Shown: positions 17,075 through 29,128 of the stretch, piece after piece
Numbering within the stretch: the first letter of the stretch is position 1
How the letters are laid out: every line of letters begins with the position of its first letter
DNA from: an uncultured Acidobacteriota bacterium
GTDB lineage: Bacteria > Acidobacteriota > UBA6911 > RPQK01 > JAPXNP01
NCBI GenBank assembly: GCA_964484155.1
Contig: CAZAEY010000006.1
Coordinates: 1-50,314, forward strand
Reading direction: 5' to 3'
Length of the DNA stretch: 50,314 bases
The notes under the pieces: model-generated
Databases searched by the model: none
Told to the model about the DNA's origin: nothing
The model's input: only the letters and a program-made list of their open reading frames with translations
Program-made: the position numbers and the translations under genes

Positions 17075-17801
17075 TCGGGCAGGGACCTTCAGATTCCGGA
17101 CGAGTTGCGCGTCGTTTCCGCTTCGGCGCGTAGAGCAGGAATGTCCAGAGTATGCGACAGCCTGCGCGGACTACTCCTGACAGGGTGCCGCTGATTTTGG
17201 ACTTTCCGGAAATCCGGGGCTCCCACGCCGCTTGCACTTCGCGGACTCTCAAATTGCGAAGGGTCGCCAGGATCTGCATTTCAAGAGTCCAGCCCCAGGT
17301 TCGATCCTTCATGCCCAACCCCGCCAGGCTTTCCCGCCGAATGGCTCGAAAGGGCCCCATATCCCGATATTCGCTGCCCCAGCGGGCATTCATCAGCCAA
17401 ACGGCCAAGCGCGTCCCCCATCGCTGAGGCGCCGTCATGTTCGCTTTCGCATTGCGCGCCCCAATTACGAGATCGACCTCTCCATCACGAATCGGCTGCA
17501 GCAGCAATGGAATCTCTTCGGGGCGGCTCGAGCCGTCGCCATCCAGAAAGACGATCGCGTCTGGCCACTCTCCAAGATGTTCGAGCCCGCCAGAGCAAGC
17601 GGCGCCATAACCCCGCCTGTCGACGGTGCACACTTCCCCGCCCGCCGAGGCGGCCGCTACGGCGGTTCCGTCCTGCGAACCGTTGTCGCAAACCACCACC
17701 CGGAACTGGAGCTCCGGCTCGAGAGTTTTTCTAACACGCCGCACCACGATTCCGATCGAAGATTCTTCGTTGAAAGCCGGTATGACAACGCCGATCTTCA
17801 T
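17067..17801 (-). CDS. Family 2 glycosyltransferase (dolichyl/polyprenyl-phosphate sugar transferase-like), 244 aa
   Basis: MKIGVVIPAFNEESSIG start. VVCDNGSQDGT. FLDGDGS (DxD-like). The ATG (17799-17801) abuts the stop of the upstream CBS gene. Confidence 0.85.
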   Translation of the reverse strand: MKIGVVIPAFNEESSIGIVVRRVRKTLEPELQFRVVVCDNGSQDGTAVAAASAGGEVCTVDRRGYGAACSGGLEHLGEWPDAIVFLDGDGSSRPEEIPLLLQPIRDGEVDLVIGARNAKANMTAPQRWGTRLAVWLMNARWGSEYRDMGPFRAIRRESLAGLGMKDRTWGWTLEMQILATLRNLRVREVQAAWEPRISGKSKISGTLSGVVRAGCRILWTFLLYAPKRKRRATRPESEGPCPIN

Positions 17802-19181
17802 CTAATCCGAAAGGTAGTGGACAAGATCATGTCGCGTGACCAAACCTACCAATACTTCGTGGCGCTTGACCAGTACGGCGGCTCGCTCGCGATGACGCAG
17901 CAACTTCATGACGTTTTCCACTGGCTCCGTTGAGTCGATCACCGGAAGTGGCTTCTCCATGACCTGGGAAACCGGCAGTTCGAGCGCCTTCCGATCTTCC
18001 AGCACCAGGCGGGTCAGCCGGCCTTCTGTGACGTTTCCCGCCGGCCGATTCCCCTCGAGGACCGGAATCTGAGAAACGTTGTACTCATCCATCAAGTCCA
18101 GGACTTCGGCCACGGTGGTCTTCGGCGACACCTGTATCAGCGCCGGCAGTGATGTGCTCTTTCGAGAAAGAACGACATCGACTTCTATCTGTTCACGGCC
18201 CTCGTCTTCCAGGAATCGGTTTTCCTTCATCCACTCGTCGGAATGGAATTTGCTGAGGTAGCGGTCTCCGGAGTCGCAAAGTATGATGACGAAGGTTTTC
18301 GGTTCGGATAAGTTGCGGGCCACTTTCAAGGCAGCAGCCAGAATGGTTCCGGTCGAGCCTCCGACAAAAATCCCCTCTTCCCGAGCCAACCGGCGGGCGG
18401 CCTGGAAGCTCTCCCGGTCGGACACCTGGACGACGTCGTCTACATATTGGTAATGGTGGTTGGGGGGGATCATATCTTCGCCGATCCCCTCCACCTTCCA
18501 GGGCCTCGATTCGACGATACGCTTGGTATAGAAGTAATCCTTAATGATGGAGCCCTCGGGATCCGCGACGATCACTTGCACGTCGGGCTTTTGCTCTTTC
18601 AAAAAACGGCCCACTCCCGAAACGGTGCCGCCGGTTCCCATGCCCGCTACAAAGTAATCGATCTCTCCGCCTGTCTGCTCCCAGATTTCCCTGCCCGTCG
18701 TCTGGTAGTGGATTTCCGGATTGATCGGATTGTAAAACTGGTTGGCGTATATGGAATTCGGAGTTTCGTCGGCAATCCGCTTGGCGACGTTGACGTAGTA
18801 ATCGGGCGAGTCCGGCGGAACGGCTGAAGGCGTGACGATGACTTTAGCTCCAAACGATTTGAGAAATCGCACCTTTTCCTGACTCATCTTGTCCGGCATG
18901 GTGAAAATCGCTCGATACCCCTTATAGGCTGCCACCATGGCCAGAGCCAGTCCGGTGTTTCCGCCGGTGCCTTCTACGATCACTCCACCTGGCTTGAGCT
19001 TGCCGCTGCGCTCCGCTTCCTCGATGATCGCCAGCCCCAACCGATCCTTGACGCTTCCTGCGGGATTGAGGTGTTCGGCCTTCCCGTAGATTCTGGCCCG
19101 GGTGTCGCTGGAGATCCTGGCCAGGTGAATCAAAGGGGTATTGCCAATCTTTTCGATGATGCTTTCGTATACTCTTTCCAT
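17802..19181 (-). CDS. Cystathionine beta-synthase-type PLP enzyme (CysK-like domain plus tandem CBS domains), 459 aa
   Basis: PLP-lysine region KAEHLNPAGSVKDRLGLAII. GTGGNTG and GMGTGGT loops. The C-terminal ~130 aa carry two CBS-domain-like repeats. Confidence 0.9.
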   Translation of the reverse strand: MERVYESIIEKIGNTPLIHLARISSDTRARIYGKAEHLNPAGSVKDRLGLAIIEEAERSGKLKPGGVIVEGTGGNTGLALAMVAAYKGYRAIFTMPDKMSQEKVRFLKSFGAKVIVTPSAVPPDSPDYYVNVAKRIADETPNSIYANQFYNPINPEIHYQTTGREIWEQTGGEIDYFVAGMGTGGTVSGVGRFLKEQKPDVQVIVADPEGSIIKDYFYTKRIVESRPWKVEGIGEDMIPPNHHYQYVDDVVQVSDRESFQAARRLAREEGIFVGGSTGTILAAALKVARNLSEPKTFVIILCDSGDRYLSKFHSDEWMKENRFLEDEGREQIEVDVVLSRKSTSLPALIQVSPKTTVAEVLDLMDEYNVSQIPVLEGNRPAGNVTEGRLTRLVLEDRKALELPVSQVMEKPLPVIDSTEPVENVMKLLRHRERAAVLVKRHEVLVGLVTRHDLVHYLSD

Positions 19182-19186
19182 CGTTT

Positions 19187-20128
19187 TCAGTCCGTCTGCG
19201 CCAGTGCGGCCGCCAGCAATGGGATCATGATTTCGTGATGACCGGTCAAGGCTAACCCCGTCCCGCAGTCGGCCACAGGCCGGCGGACGACGTTCTGAGT
19301 CGGGCGGTAATGTTGAATGAAATCGAGATTCGCCGTCGTAAAGTCCTTGAGCTTCTGGCCTGTGTTGCGCACGATCGAAACCGCTTTCAAGAATACTTCC
19401 GGAAGAATCACCGCAGATCCCAGGTTCAAGTAAACTCCTCCGTCGTTCAGTTCGGCGACATTCTGGGTGAAGATTCGGAAATCCATGAGCGTGCCCTTTC
19501 CGATGCTCGCCCCGCAGGCCGAAGGATGGCTGTGAATGATATCGGTGCCCAGCGCCACATGGACCGTCAGCGGGATTTCGCTCTGGCCGGCCGCTCTGAC
19601 GACCGAGTATTCAGGGTACCGAAGCGGAGTTTCCGCCAACATGTCGCACAGGGCTTCCCCGATTCCTCGATCCTGCGCCGCCCCTCTCACGATCGCCTGA
19701 TTGATCAGCTGCCCCGTCTCCCGGGCCATCCCGAAAGACCCTTCCTTCAGCTCCCGCTCGACGTCCTCGGAGGTGTGCCCCGCAAACGCGATTTCAAAAT
19801 CGTGGATTACGCCGCTTCCGTTGGTGGCCATCGCCGTGACATATCCCCGGTGAATCAGATCAACCAGCACGGGCCCCAGGCCAACCTTGATGACGTGGCC
19901 GCCGAATCCCCAGATGATCGCTTTCCGACGGCGCCGGGCCTCCTGCAGGTTTCGAATCAAGAGTCGGAAATCTCGCGCAGCTAAAATGTTGGGAAGGCTT
20001 TCCACAAAGTCGGCGACGCTGCCCGACGACAACGTGCGGGCAAATTCGGAGGCGCTTACTTTGCTGGGTCGATCCAGCAGCGAGTAGTCCCGGAGGGTCC
20101 TCGGTTGAAACTGCTTAAACTTCGACAT
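19187..20128 (-). CDS. Deoxyhypusine synthase-like family protein (tentative), 313 aa
   Basis: Pattern similarity only: AIIWGFGGHVIKVGLGPVLVDLIHRGYVTAMATNGSGVIHDFEIAF and IPLTVHVALGTDIIHSHP resemble DHS-fold motifs recalled from memory. Not verified. Confidence 0.4.
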   Translation of the reverse strand: MSKFKQFQPRTLRDYSLLDRPSKVSASEFARTLSSGSVADFVESLPNILAARDFRLLIRNLQEARRRRKAIIWGFGGHVIKVGLGPVLVDLIHRGYVTAMATNGSGVIHDFEIAFAGHTSEDVERELKEGSFGMARETGQLINQAIVRGAAQDRGIGEALCDMLAETPLRYPEYSVVRAAGQSEIPLTVHVALGTDIIHSHPSACGASIGKGTLMDFRIFTQNVAELNDGGVYLNLGSAVILPEVFLKAVSIVRNTGQKLKDFTTANLDFIQHYRPTQNVVRRPVADCGTGLALTGHHEIMIPLLAAALAQTD

Positions 20129-20427
20129 TGGTCGCGTCGATTATAGCAGTCCGTGGTAAAAGTCCTGATGGGTCGTGCAACAGGGATCCGCGGTCCGCCG
20201 GCAAGGCCAAAGCGTCCTGAGTCAGAAGTCGGTCGGCGCTGCATCGCCGATGACCAGAAACGCCGTCCGGGGGCCGCAAACCCCTGTTGCCCGGAGGGTT
20301 ACGGGCGGCGCAGGCCCGCCTCGGTCGTTGCGGCTCCTGGACGATGCTTCTCAATCGCCGGCGGCGCCGCGACCAGCCCGCATTACTTACACGTGTCCAT
20401 TGCGAGGCGTCTGCCCGGGCAAACAGA

Positions 20428-21966
20428 TCAGCTTTGGTCGACGCGGCGGCCTTCGCCAGAAGTTTCGCCGCCCAAGCGCCTGGCCAATACAACTCGGTCA
20501 CGACCTTGCGTCTTGGCTTCGTATAGAGCCGCATCCGCCTGCCGGAAAAGGTTTTCCATGGTGGATGCATCGTCCGGGAAAACGCTGATTCCAGCGGACA
20601 GCGAAAGTCGCACGTCGTATTCGTCTCGCGGTTTTATCCGGAGATTTTTAACCTCTTGCCGAAGGCGTTCAGCAACCTGAAAGGCCCGCTCCCACCCGCA
20701 CTGAATGAGGATGACGGCAAATTCTTCTCCGCCCATCCGGCCGATCAAGTCGGGCTCGCGAATCGATTCGCCGAGCGCTCGACCGATCCTCTCCAGCGTT
20801 GCATCGCCTACGGAATGTCCAAACCGGTCGTTAATCTCCTTGAAGTGGTCCAAATCGATGAAAACCACGGCCAGTTGTTCCTTGAATCTCCGTGCGCGGG
20901 AAAGATTCAATTCCAGTTGCTCCAGCAGATGACGCCGATTCCAGAGCCCGGTCAGGTGGTCGGTGGAGGCCAGACGGCGAGTCTCTTCGTGCAGCCGCGC
21001 CGTTCTCAATACCACCGCCGCCTGTTGGGCGATCAGGGACAGAGTAGGAATGTTCGCCTTCGAATAAGCTTTCGGGCGAACCGACTCGGAGTTCAGGACC
21101 CCAATGACGCTGCCTTTTACGGTCAGAGGGATGGCGATTTCGCTTCGCGCCCCGGACACGCCCGGAATGTAATCCGCTTCCTGCGAGAGGTCGTCAACCA
21201 CAACCACCTTGCCCGACTCGGCCGCGCGGCCAGTCACCCCCTCTCCAATTGCGATTTCCAGATCCTGGACTTCCTCTCGATAGCCGATGCTCGCTGCAAG
21301 CCTCAGCTTCCCGCTGTCGGAATCGATCAACAGAATGGCGCCCCGCCCCTCGGGCAGAACGGTTTCCGCGATCCTCAGAATTTCAGTCAAAATGTCGTCG
21401 AAATTTTCCCGGTTGGTGGCCAACTGGCTGACCTGATACAGGGCGTTTAACTGAACAATCCGCTCCTGAAGCTTCTGGTTGGCGCGGTGGGCGGCTATGG
21501 CCAGCGCCGCCTGGGCTCCCAGCACGGTAAGCAGCTTTTCGTGCTCCTCCGTAAAAGCGTTCGGCCGCGGGGATTCAACGTTGATTACGCCGGCGACCTC
21601 GTTGCCTACCACCAAAGGCACAGCCATGTTCGACTGGGCTTCCCGCAAACCTTCAATGTAACGGGGATCCCGGGCCACGTTCCCCACTCTGACCGACTGC
21701 CTGTGGGTCGCAGCCCAGCCGGAGATTCCCTGACCGAGCGGCAAGGTCATCCCAAGGAACTCCTCGCGCCTGTCACCGTATCCGATGATGCAGGTGACCT
21801 CTAAAACGCCTTCCTCCTCATCGTGCAGCATGAGGGCAGCGTGTTCGAACCCGATCAGCTCCTGCCCCTTTCGGAGCACCGTCTGCAGCAGCCCTTCGAA
21901 ATCGTCGCGCAATCCGATGGCCTGCGTGCAGCGATACAGCTCGGTCAGAATTTCAGGGTTCGGCAT
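20428..21966 (-). CDS. Diguanylate cyclase with two N-terminal GAF domains (GAF-GAF-GGDEF), 512 aa
   Basis: Active-site GGEEF (RMGGEEFAVIL). DHLTGLWNRRHL and FIDLDHFKEINDRFGH. Two GAF-like repeats upstream. Confidence 0.9.
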   Translation of the reverse strand: MPNPEILTELYRCTQAIGLRDDFEGLLQTVLRKGQELIGFEHAALMLHDEEEGVLEVTCIIGYGDRREEFLGMTLPLGQGISGWAATHRQSVRVGNVARDPRYIEGLREAQSNMAVPLVVGNEVAGVINVESPRPNAFTEEHEKLLTVLGAQAALAIAAHRANQKLQERIVQLNALYQVSQLATNRENFDDILTEILRIAETVLPEGRGAILLIDSDSGKLRLAASIGYREEVQDLEIAIGEGVTGRAAESGKVVVVDDLSQEADYIPGVSGARSEIAIPLTVKGSVIGVLNSESVRPKAYSKANIPTLSLIAQQAAVVLRTARLHEETRRLASTDHLTGLWNRRHLLEQLELNLSRARRFKEQLAVVFIDLDHFKEINDRFGHSVGDATLERIGRALGESIREPDLIGRMGGEEFAVILIQCGWERAFQVAERLRQEVKNLRIKPRDEYDVRLSLSAGISVFPDDASTMENLFRQADAALYEAKTQGRDRVVLARRLGGETSGEGRRVDQS

Positions 21967-21977
21967 GATTCCAACCC

Positions 21978-24152
<2,175 letters not shown>

Positions 24153-24170
24153 CTATCATTGGGTCCAGCC

Positions 24171-24401
24171 ATGAGTACTCCGGTGATCAGAACGTTTACA
24201 TTCACCGTGACCTTTCCACCGTTCAGGCCAAGTCACGTTCAGGGTCTGAAACTTCATCGACTCGCCTGCAATCAGCTTTCCGACCGCGAGGTCATCGAAA
24301 CCATCGATCATCTATTCGGCTGCAGCCGCTGTTTTGAGAATTATCGCAGCATACGGAATTATTATCGGTGTCCTTCCCGGGGGAGAGTCGCAACCGGCTG
24401 A
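24171..24401 (+). CDS. Possible small zinc-finger (ZAS-like H-x3-C-x2-C) protein, about 77 aa, speculative
   Basis: Internal ATG at 24171 of track ORF 24051..24401. Sequence LACNQLSDREVIETIDHLFGCSRCFENY mimics the zf-HC2 anti-sigma motif. TATCAT -10-like hexamer about 15 nt upstream. The 3' end overlaps the yihY start by 34 nt. Confidence 0.3.
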   Translation: MSTPVIRTFTFTVTFPPFRPSHVQGLKLHRLACNQLSDREVIETIDHLFGCSRCFENYRSIRNYYRCPSRGRVATG

Positions 24402-25276
24402 AACAATCCTTGAGACTGGACCTGAACGCATTTCAATATCTTTCCCGCGGCAGACTTTGGAAAAACCTCTGGCACGAAGTCTACAAGGACGATTGTTTTG
24501 GAATGGCGGCTCAGTTGAGCTTTTACTTCCTGCTGGCGTTTTTTCCCTTCCTGCTATTTCTAAGCGCCTTGATCGGATTCATTCCGATCGCTTCCGGATT
24601 ACTGAATAATCTCCTATACGAAATGCAGCTCTTTCTGCCCACGACTACCTACAACCTGGTTGTGGAAATCGTCCAAGGCCTGGTTGACTCCCAGGATCAA
24701 GGGGTTCTGACCATCGGAATCGTTTTGTCGCTGTGGTCCGCTTCGCTGGCGTTCAACGGAATGGTCAGCCTCCTGAACAGCGCCTACGAAGTGGAAGATA
24801 CGCGTTCTTACCTGAAGACCCGCGCGCTTTCCATTCTAGTGACTCTGATTGTCACCGTTTTCGTCCTGATTTCCGGCATCCTTTTGTTCTTCGGCGACTG
24901 GTTGATTGGACAATGGGTTCAAAACCCCTGGCTTCGGTTTTTCTACACTATTCTGCGGTGGGGCGGGATTTTCGTCCTGATCAATATTGGGATTCAGTTC
25001 GTCTTCTTCGCACTACCGGCAAAACGCCTTCCCTGGAAGCTGCTGTCGCCGGGCAGCGTGATCGCCTCGGTAGGCTGGATCCTCGGTTCCGCGGGCTTCC
25101 GGTACTACGTAAATCACTTCGGGGATTATCAGCAGCTATACGGAAGCCTGGGCGCCCTGATCGTGCTGATGATCTGGTTTTATATCAGCAGTCTTTTCCT
25201 GCTGCTGGGCGGCGAAATCGACTCGGAGATCTTCAAGCTGCGTCGCTCGGAAGGCTACGACATCGAGCGGCGTTAG
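24368..25276 (+). CDS. YihY/BrkB (ribonuclease BN-like) family inner-membrane protein, 302 aa
   Basis: DCFGMAAQLSFYFLLAFFPFLLFLSALIGF and YGSLGALIVLMIWFYISSLFLLLGGEI are typical YihY-family segments. Six predicted TM helices. GTG start. Confidence 0.85.
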   Translation: MSFPGESRNRLKQSLRLDLNAFQYLSRGRLWKNLWHEVYKDDCFGMAAQLSFYFLLAFFPFLLFLSALIGFIPIASGLLNNLLYEMQLFLPTTTYNLVVEIVQGLVDSQDQGVLTIGIVLSLWSASLAFNGMVSLLNSAYEVEDTRSYLKTRALSILVTLIVTVFVLISGILLFFGDWLIGQWVQNPWLRFFYTILRWGGIFVLINIGIQFVFFALPAKRLPWKLLSPGSVIASVGWILGSAGFRYYVNHFGDYQQLYGSLGALIVLMIWFYISSLFLLLGGEIDSEIFKLRRSEGYDIERR

Positions 25277-25423
25277 CCCGCCAATCCGATCCGACTGCGA
25301 AAATGAGCGATCCGGCTCGCAGTTGCGTCTTATTCATTCGGAATGCAAGGAGAGCGAGTTTGGCAGGGCGCACCGTGAGCTGGGCATTTCTCCTCCTCTG
25401 GCACCCTAACCTTGCCCTTCGTC

Positions 25424-26641
25424 TCAGCCCCCGCCTTCCCAATCTTTCCGTTCTTTGGGGACGCGCCGCGAGATTCGCCTCAATGAATCCAAATACTTAT
25501 GCCCGGCGGCCGTATTGAACAAAACGACGACGGCGTCGGGCTGAATCCAGCCGGTTTGCAGCAGCTCGCGAAAGGCCGCCCAACAAGCGGCGCCTTCCGG
25601 ACACATCCAGACACCTTCCCGGGCCGCCGCCTGACGCACGGCCTTCTGAATGGACGCTTCGCTGACTGCAACGGCGACACCTCCGCTTTCCCGAATCGCC
25701 CGCAGAATGAGAAAGTCGCCCAGCGCCTGCGGCACTCGAATTCCGGCTGCCGCGGTTTTCGGATCCGGCCATGGCTCAGCGTGGCTTCGCCCCTCTTCGA
25801 AGGCTTTGACGATGGGAGCGCACCCTTCCGATTGCACGGCCACCATCCTGGGCAGGCGACCCTCCACCCAGCCCATCGCTTCCATTTCGCGAAACGCCTT
25901 CCACATGCCGATCAGACCGGTTCCCCCGCCGGTAGGGTATAAGATGACGTCGGGCAGTCGCCAGCCCAACTGTTCGGCGATTTCGTAACCCAGCGTCTTT
26001 TTCCCCTCGATCCGGTATGGCTCCCGCAATGTGGAGACGTCGAACCAGTCGCGATCGCCCCGCCTATGCCGCATCGCGCTGGCAGCGTCAGAGATCGTGC
26101 CGTCGACCATCTCGACGCGGGTGGCCGCAAGCCGGCACTCCACAATGTTGGCCGACGGAGTGTCCTTGGGAATAAAAACGTAGCTCTCCAGACCGCAGCG
26201 GGCGGCGTAGGCGGCCAACGCGCCTCCGGCGTTTCCCGCCGACGGGACGCACAGTCGCCGAACGCCGAAGGAAGCGGCCATGGTGACCGCCGCCGAAAGC
26301 CCCCGCGCCTTAAAGGACCCCGTCGGATTGCAGCTCTCGTCCTTGAGCCAAAGCTGTGCAACGGAGCCTTCGGCAAAGGTCGGCTTCAGCTGCACCAGCG
26401 GCGTCATCCCCTCCCCCATGCTCACGATCGAATCAGGATCCCGGACTGGCAGCAATTCCAGGTAGCGCCATAGACTCGGAGGCCGGCGCAGAAACTCTTC
26501 GCGCAGCGAGCCGGCCGCAGCCCGCTCCAGATCGTAACGGACCAGCAGCGGCGATTCGCAGCGCGAACACACGCCATGGAGTTCATCAGGCGAAAAAGCC
26601 TCCCGGCAGCGAGAGCATTCGAGCGAAGTTGCAAACGACAT
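25424..26641 (-). CDS. thrC: Threonine synthase (405 aa from internal ATG)
   Basis: [39 protein letters not shown]-terminus. PLP-lysine motif [29 protein letters not shown]. The track ORF continues 139 codons further upstream (to 27058); see findings. Confidence 0.9.
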   Translation of the reverse strand: MSFATSLECSRCREAFSPDELHGVCSRCESPLLVRYDLERAAAGSLREEFLRRPPSLWRYLELLPVRDPDSIVSMGEGMTPLVQLKPTFAEGSVAQLWLKDESCNPTGSFKARGLSAAVTMAASFGVRRLCVPSAGNAGGALAAYAARCGLESYVFIPKDTPSANIVECRLAATRVEMVDGTISDAASAMRHRRGDRDWFDVSTLREPYRIEGKKTLGYEIAEQLGWRLPDVILYPTGGGTGLIGMWKAFREMEAMGWVEGRLPRMVAVQSEGCAPIVKAFEEGRSHAEPWPDPKTAAAGIRVPQALGDFLILRAIRESGGVAVAVSEASIQKAVRQAAAREGVWMCPEGAACWAAFRELLQTGWIQPDAVVVLFNTAAGHKYLDSLRRISRRVPKERKDWEGGG

Positions 26642-27075
26642 CGGAATCCCGAGTTTCAGGCCTCGCGCGCCGAGATTCAAGGGCCGGATGCGAATTTTCA
26701 GCACTTGCCGTGGGCGGGTGGCCACGATCGCCGGCCGGGAGGATTCGCGTTCCGGGTTCCCGATGTTTTGAGCTTGCGTCTTCGGAAGGAGCTCCGTCAC
26801 AAAAAAAGCAGTGCGCGCCTTCGGCGCCAGCACGACCTCGGTCGAATCGAAGCGCTCTCCTGCTGTGTACAATGAGATTCCAATTCGCGCCGCTTCATCT
26901 GAGAGATTCAGTAACGCGACCCCCAGATCGATCTCCTCCTCGAAGGACAGCTCCACCGGTACGTTCCAGGAGGTCGCCGCCCCCCTGGCGTCGATCCCCG
27001 CCTCGACCGTCTCGCCGGTCGCCAACCGCAGACTTCGAATCCTCTTACTTTGGCGCACCGTATTATACTTGTGCG

Positions 27076-27630
27076 GTGAGTAGGGAATTTCACGGCACCA
27101 CCGTCATTTTCGTGCGCAGAGCCGGCCAGGCCGCGCTTGCTTCCGACGGTCAAGTGACTTTCGGCGACACAATCATCAAGTCCTCCGCGAGAAAGATCCG
27201 CAAGTTGCACAATGGGAAGGTTTTAGCTGGATTCGCCGGTTCGACGGCGGACGCCTTCTCGCTCTTTTCCAGGTTTGAGACCAAAGTGGAGGAATTTCGC
27301 GGGAACCTGCGGCGGGCCTCCGTCGAGCTGGCGAAGGAGTGGCGCACTGACCGGGCGCTCAGGCATTTGGAGGCCCTGCTGATCGTCAGCGACGCTAAGG
27401 ACGCTTTTCTCATTTCCGGCGACGGCGACGTCATCGAGCCGGACGACGGTCTGATTGCCATCGGATCGGGCGGGCCGTACGCGCTGGCGGCGGCTCGAGC
27501 CCTGCTTCGATTCACGCGAAAGCCAGCCCGGGCGGTGGCGGAGGAAGCGCTGAGAATCGCGGGCGAAATCTGCGTGTTTACCAATACTTCAATCACTGTG
27601 GAAGAGCTGCATGACGAAAAAGGAAAATAA
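27076..27630 (+). CDS. hslV: ATP-dependent protease subunit HslV
   Basis: GTG at 27076 gives [44 protein letters not shown]...[13 protein letters not shown] (N-terminal Thr nucleophile region). Only the last 184 codons of track ORF 26356..27630 are HslV-like. Confidence 0.93.
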   Translation: MSREFHGTTVIFVRRAGQAALASDGQVTFGDTIIKSSARKIRKLHNGKVLAGFAGSTADAFSLFSRFETKVEEFRGNLRRASVELAKEWRTDRALRHLEALLIVSDAKDAFLISGDGDVIEPDDGLIAIGSGGPYALAAARALLRFTRKPARAVAEEALRIAGEICVFTNTSITVEELHDEKGK

Positions 27631-29011
27631 GGCAGCCGTTCTCGATCCAACACTCCGGCTGGATGATATGACTCCCCGTCAGATTCTCGCCGAGTTGGAT
27701 CAATACATCATCGGCCAGGAAAAGGCGAAGCGGGCGTTGGCGCTTGCGATTCGCAACCGAGTTCGCAGGCAGCGCCTGCCGGCTGACATGGCGCAGGATG
27801 TGCAGCCCAAAAACATCATTTTGATCGGCTCCACCGGAGTCGGCAAGACCGAACTAGCCCGCCGGTTGGCCCGCCTCTCCAACTCGCCTTTTATCAAAGT
27901 CGAAGCCAGCAAGTTCACCGAGGTCGGCTACGTGGGCAGGGATGTCGAATCGATCGTTCGCGACTTGACCGAAATCGCAGTCGACATGCTGCGGCAAGAA
28001 AAGACGGAACTGATTGGAAACAAAGCGGAAAGCAACGCCGAAGAGAGGATTCTGGATATCCTCGTCAGAAAGCGCCGCACCCGCCGGAAGGCGAAGACCT
28101 CGTCGAGGAAGGACCAGCCTCGCCAGACGAGCGAACATCGAGAGCGATTGAGGAAGGAACTCAGGGACGGCAAGTTGGACCAGCAAATGGTTGAGTTGGA
28201 AGTGCATGAAAAGAGTCTGCCATTTATGGACTTTTCATTTCCTCTGATGGTCGAAGAAGACATGGAATCACACTACAGGGACTTGCTGGCTGGAATGGCC
28301 GCTCCAAGGTCGATCAAGAGAAAAATGAAAATCGAGGACGCGATCGATTACCTCACCTTTGAAGAGGAATCGAAGCTCGTCGACATGGAGCAGATCACGC
28401 GAGAGGCCCTTGACCGGGTAGAGCAATCCGGAATCGTTTTCGTCGACGAACTGGACAAGGTTGCCGGAAGAGAATCGGGGCACGGACCCGATGTCAGCCG
28501 AGAGGGAGTTCAGCGGGATATCCTGCCCATCATCGAAGGGACCTGCGTGAACACCCGATTCGGAATCGTGCAGACCGACCATATCCTGTTTATCGCCGCC
28601 GGCGCATTTCACGTCACGCGCCCGTCTGACCTGATTCCGGAACTTCAGGGAAGATTTCCCGTCCGCGTCGAGATGGATTCCTTGACGGAAAATGACTTCA
28701 TCCGCATCCTTCAAGAACCTCGAAACGCTTTGATCAGACAGTACCAGGCTCTGCTGGCCACCGAAGGCCTTGAACTGGAGTTCTCTCCCAGCGGAGTCCG
28801 CGAAATCGCTCGCCTGGCCTGGCTGGTCAACGAAACCACCGAAGACATCGGAGCGCGCCGGCTTCACACAGTGATGGAAGCGCTTCTGGAGGAAATCTCC
28901 TTTCAGGGCGCCGAACTGGAAAACAAGAGGGTCAAGATCGACCGAGATTACGTCAATCTGCAACTCGCCGGAATCGTGAAGGATTCGGATCTGTCACGAT
29001 ATATTTTGTGA
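27611..29011 (+). CDS. hslU: ATP-dependent protease ATPase subunit HslU
   Basis: [36 protein letters not shown]. Walker [29 protein letters not shown]. Overlaps the hslV 3' end by 20 nt. Confidence 0.96.
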   Translation: MTKKENKAAVLDPTLRLDDMTPRQILAELDQYIIGQEKAKRALALAIRNRVRRQRLPADMAQDVQPKNIILIGSTGVGKTELARRLARLSNSPFIKVEASKFTEVGYVGRDVESIVRDLTEIAVDMLRQEKTELIGNKAESNAEERILDILVRKRRTRRKAKTSSRKDQPRQTSEHRERLRKELRDGKLDQQMVELEVHEKSLPFMDFSFPLMVEEDMESHYRDLLAGMAAPRSIKRKMKIEDAIDYLTFEEESKLVDMEQITREALDRVEQSGIVFVDELDKVAGRESGHGPDVSREGVQRDILPIIEGTCVNTRFGIVQTDHILFIAAGAFHVTRPSDLIPELQGRFPVRVEMDSLTENDFIRILQEPRNALIRQYQALLATEGLELEFSPSGVREIARLAWLVNETTEDIGARRLHTVMEALLEEISFQGAELENKRVKIDRDYVNLQLAGIVKDSDLSRYIL

Positions 29012-29128
29012 GCGCCGAAACTTTGCGTTCCGGGATCCTCGTTCCCCGTTCCAGAATTTGGGTCCGGTTGTTTTTGTTTTTGATCTATGTATCTTCTTTA
29101 TGAGCAACAGTTTACGGAATGTTTAGGA

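Noticed and set aside
25294-25323. Hairpin ACTGCGA-N16-TCGCAGT after yihY as an intrinsic terminator.
   Set aside because: The stem is only 7 bp with a large loop and a weak T-rich tail (tgcgtcttattcattc). This is too weak to annotate.
27030-27050. TTCGAATCC string suggestive of a tRNA T-loop.
   Set aside because: The flanking bases do not form a T-stem or acceptor stem. No cloverleaf can be drawn.
25424-27058. Using the full 544-aa track ORF as ThrC.
   Set aside because: ThrC homology begins at the internal [12 protein letters not shown] methionine (ATG 26641). The longer start would place divergent start codons 18 nt apart and leave no promoter space. It is kept as a finding, not as the annotation.
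26356-27075. N-terminal 240 codons of the 424-aa ORF that ends as HslV.
   Set aside because: This part is Pro/Arg/Ser/Ala-rich junk antisense to thrC. HslV similarity starts at the GTG at 27076.
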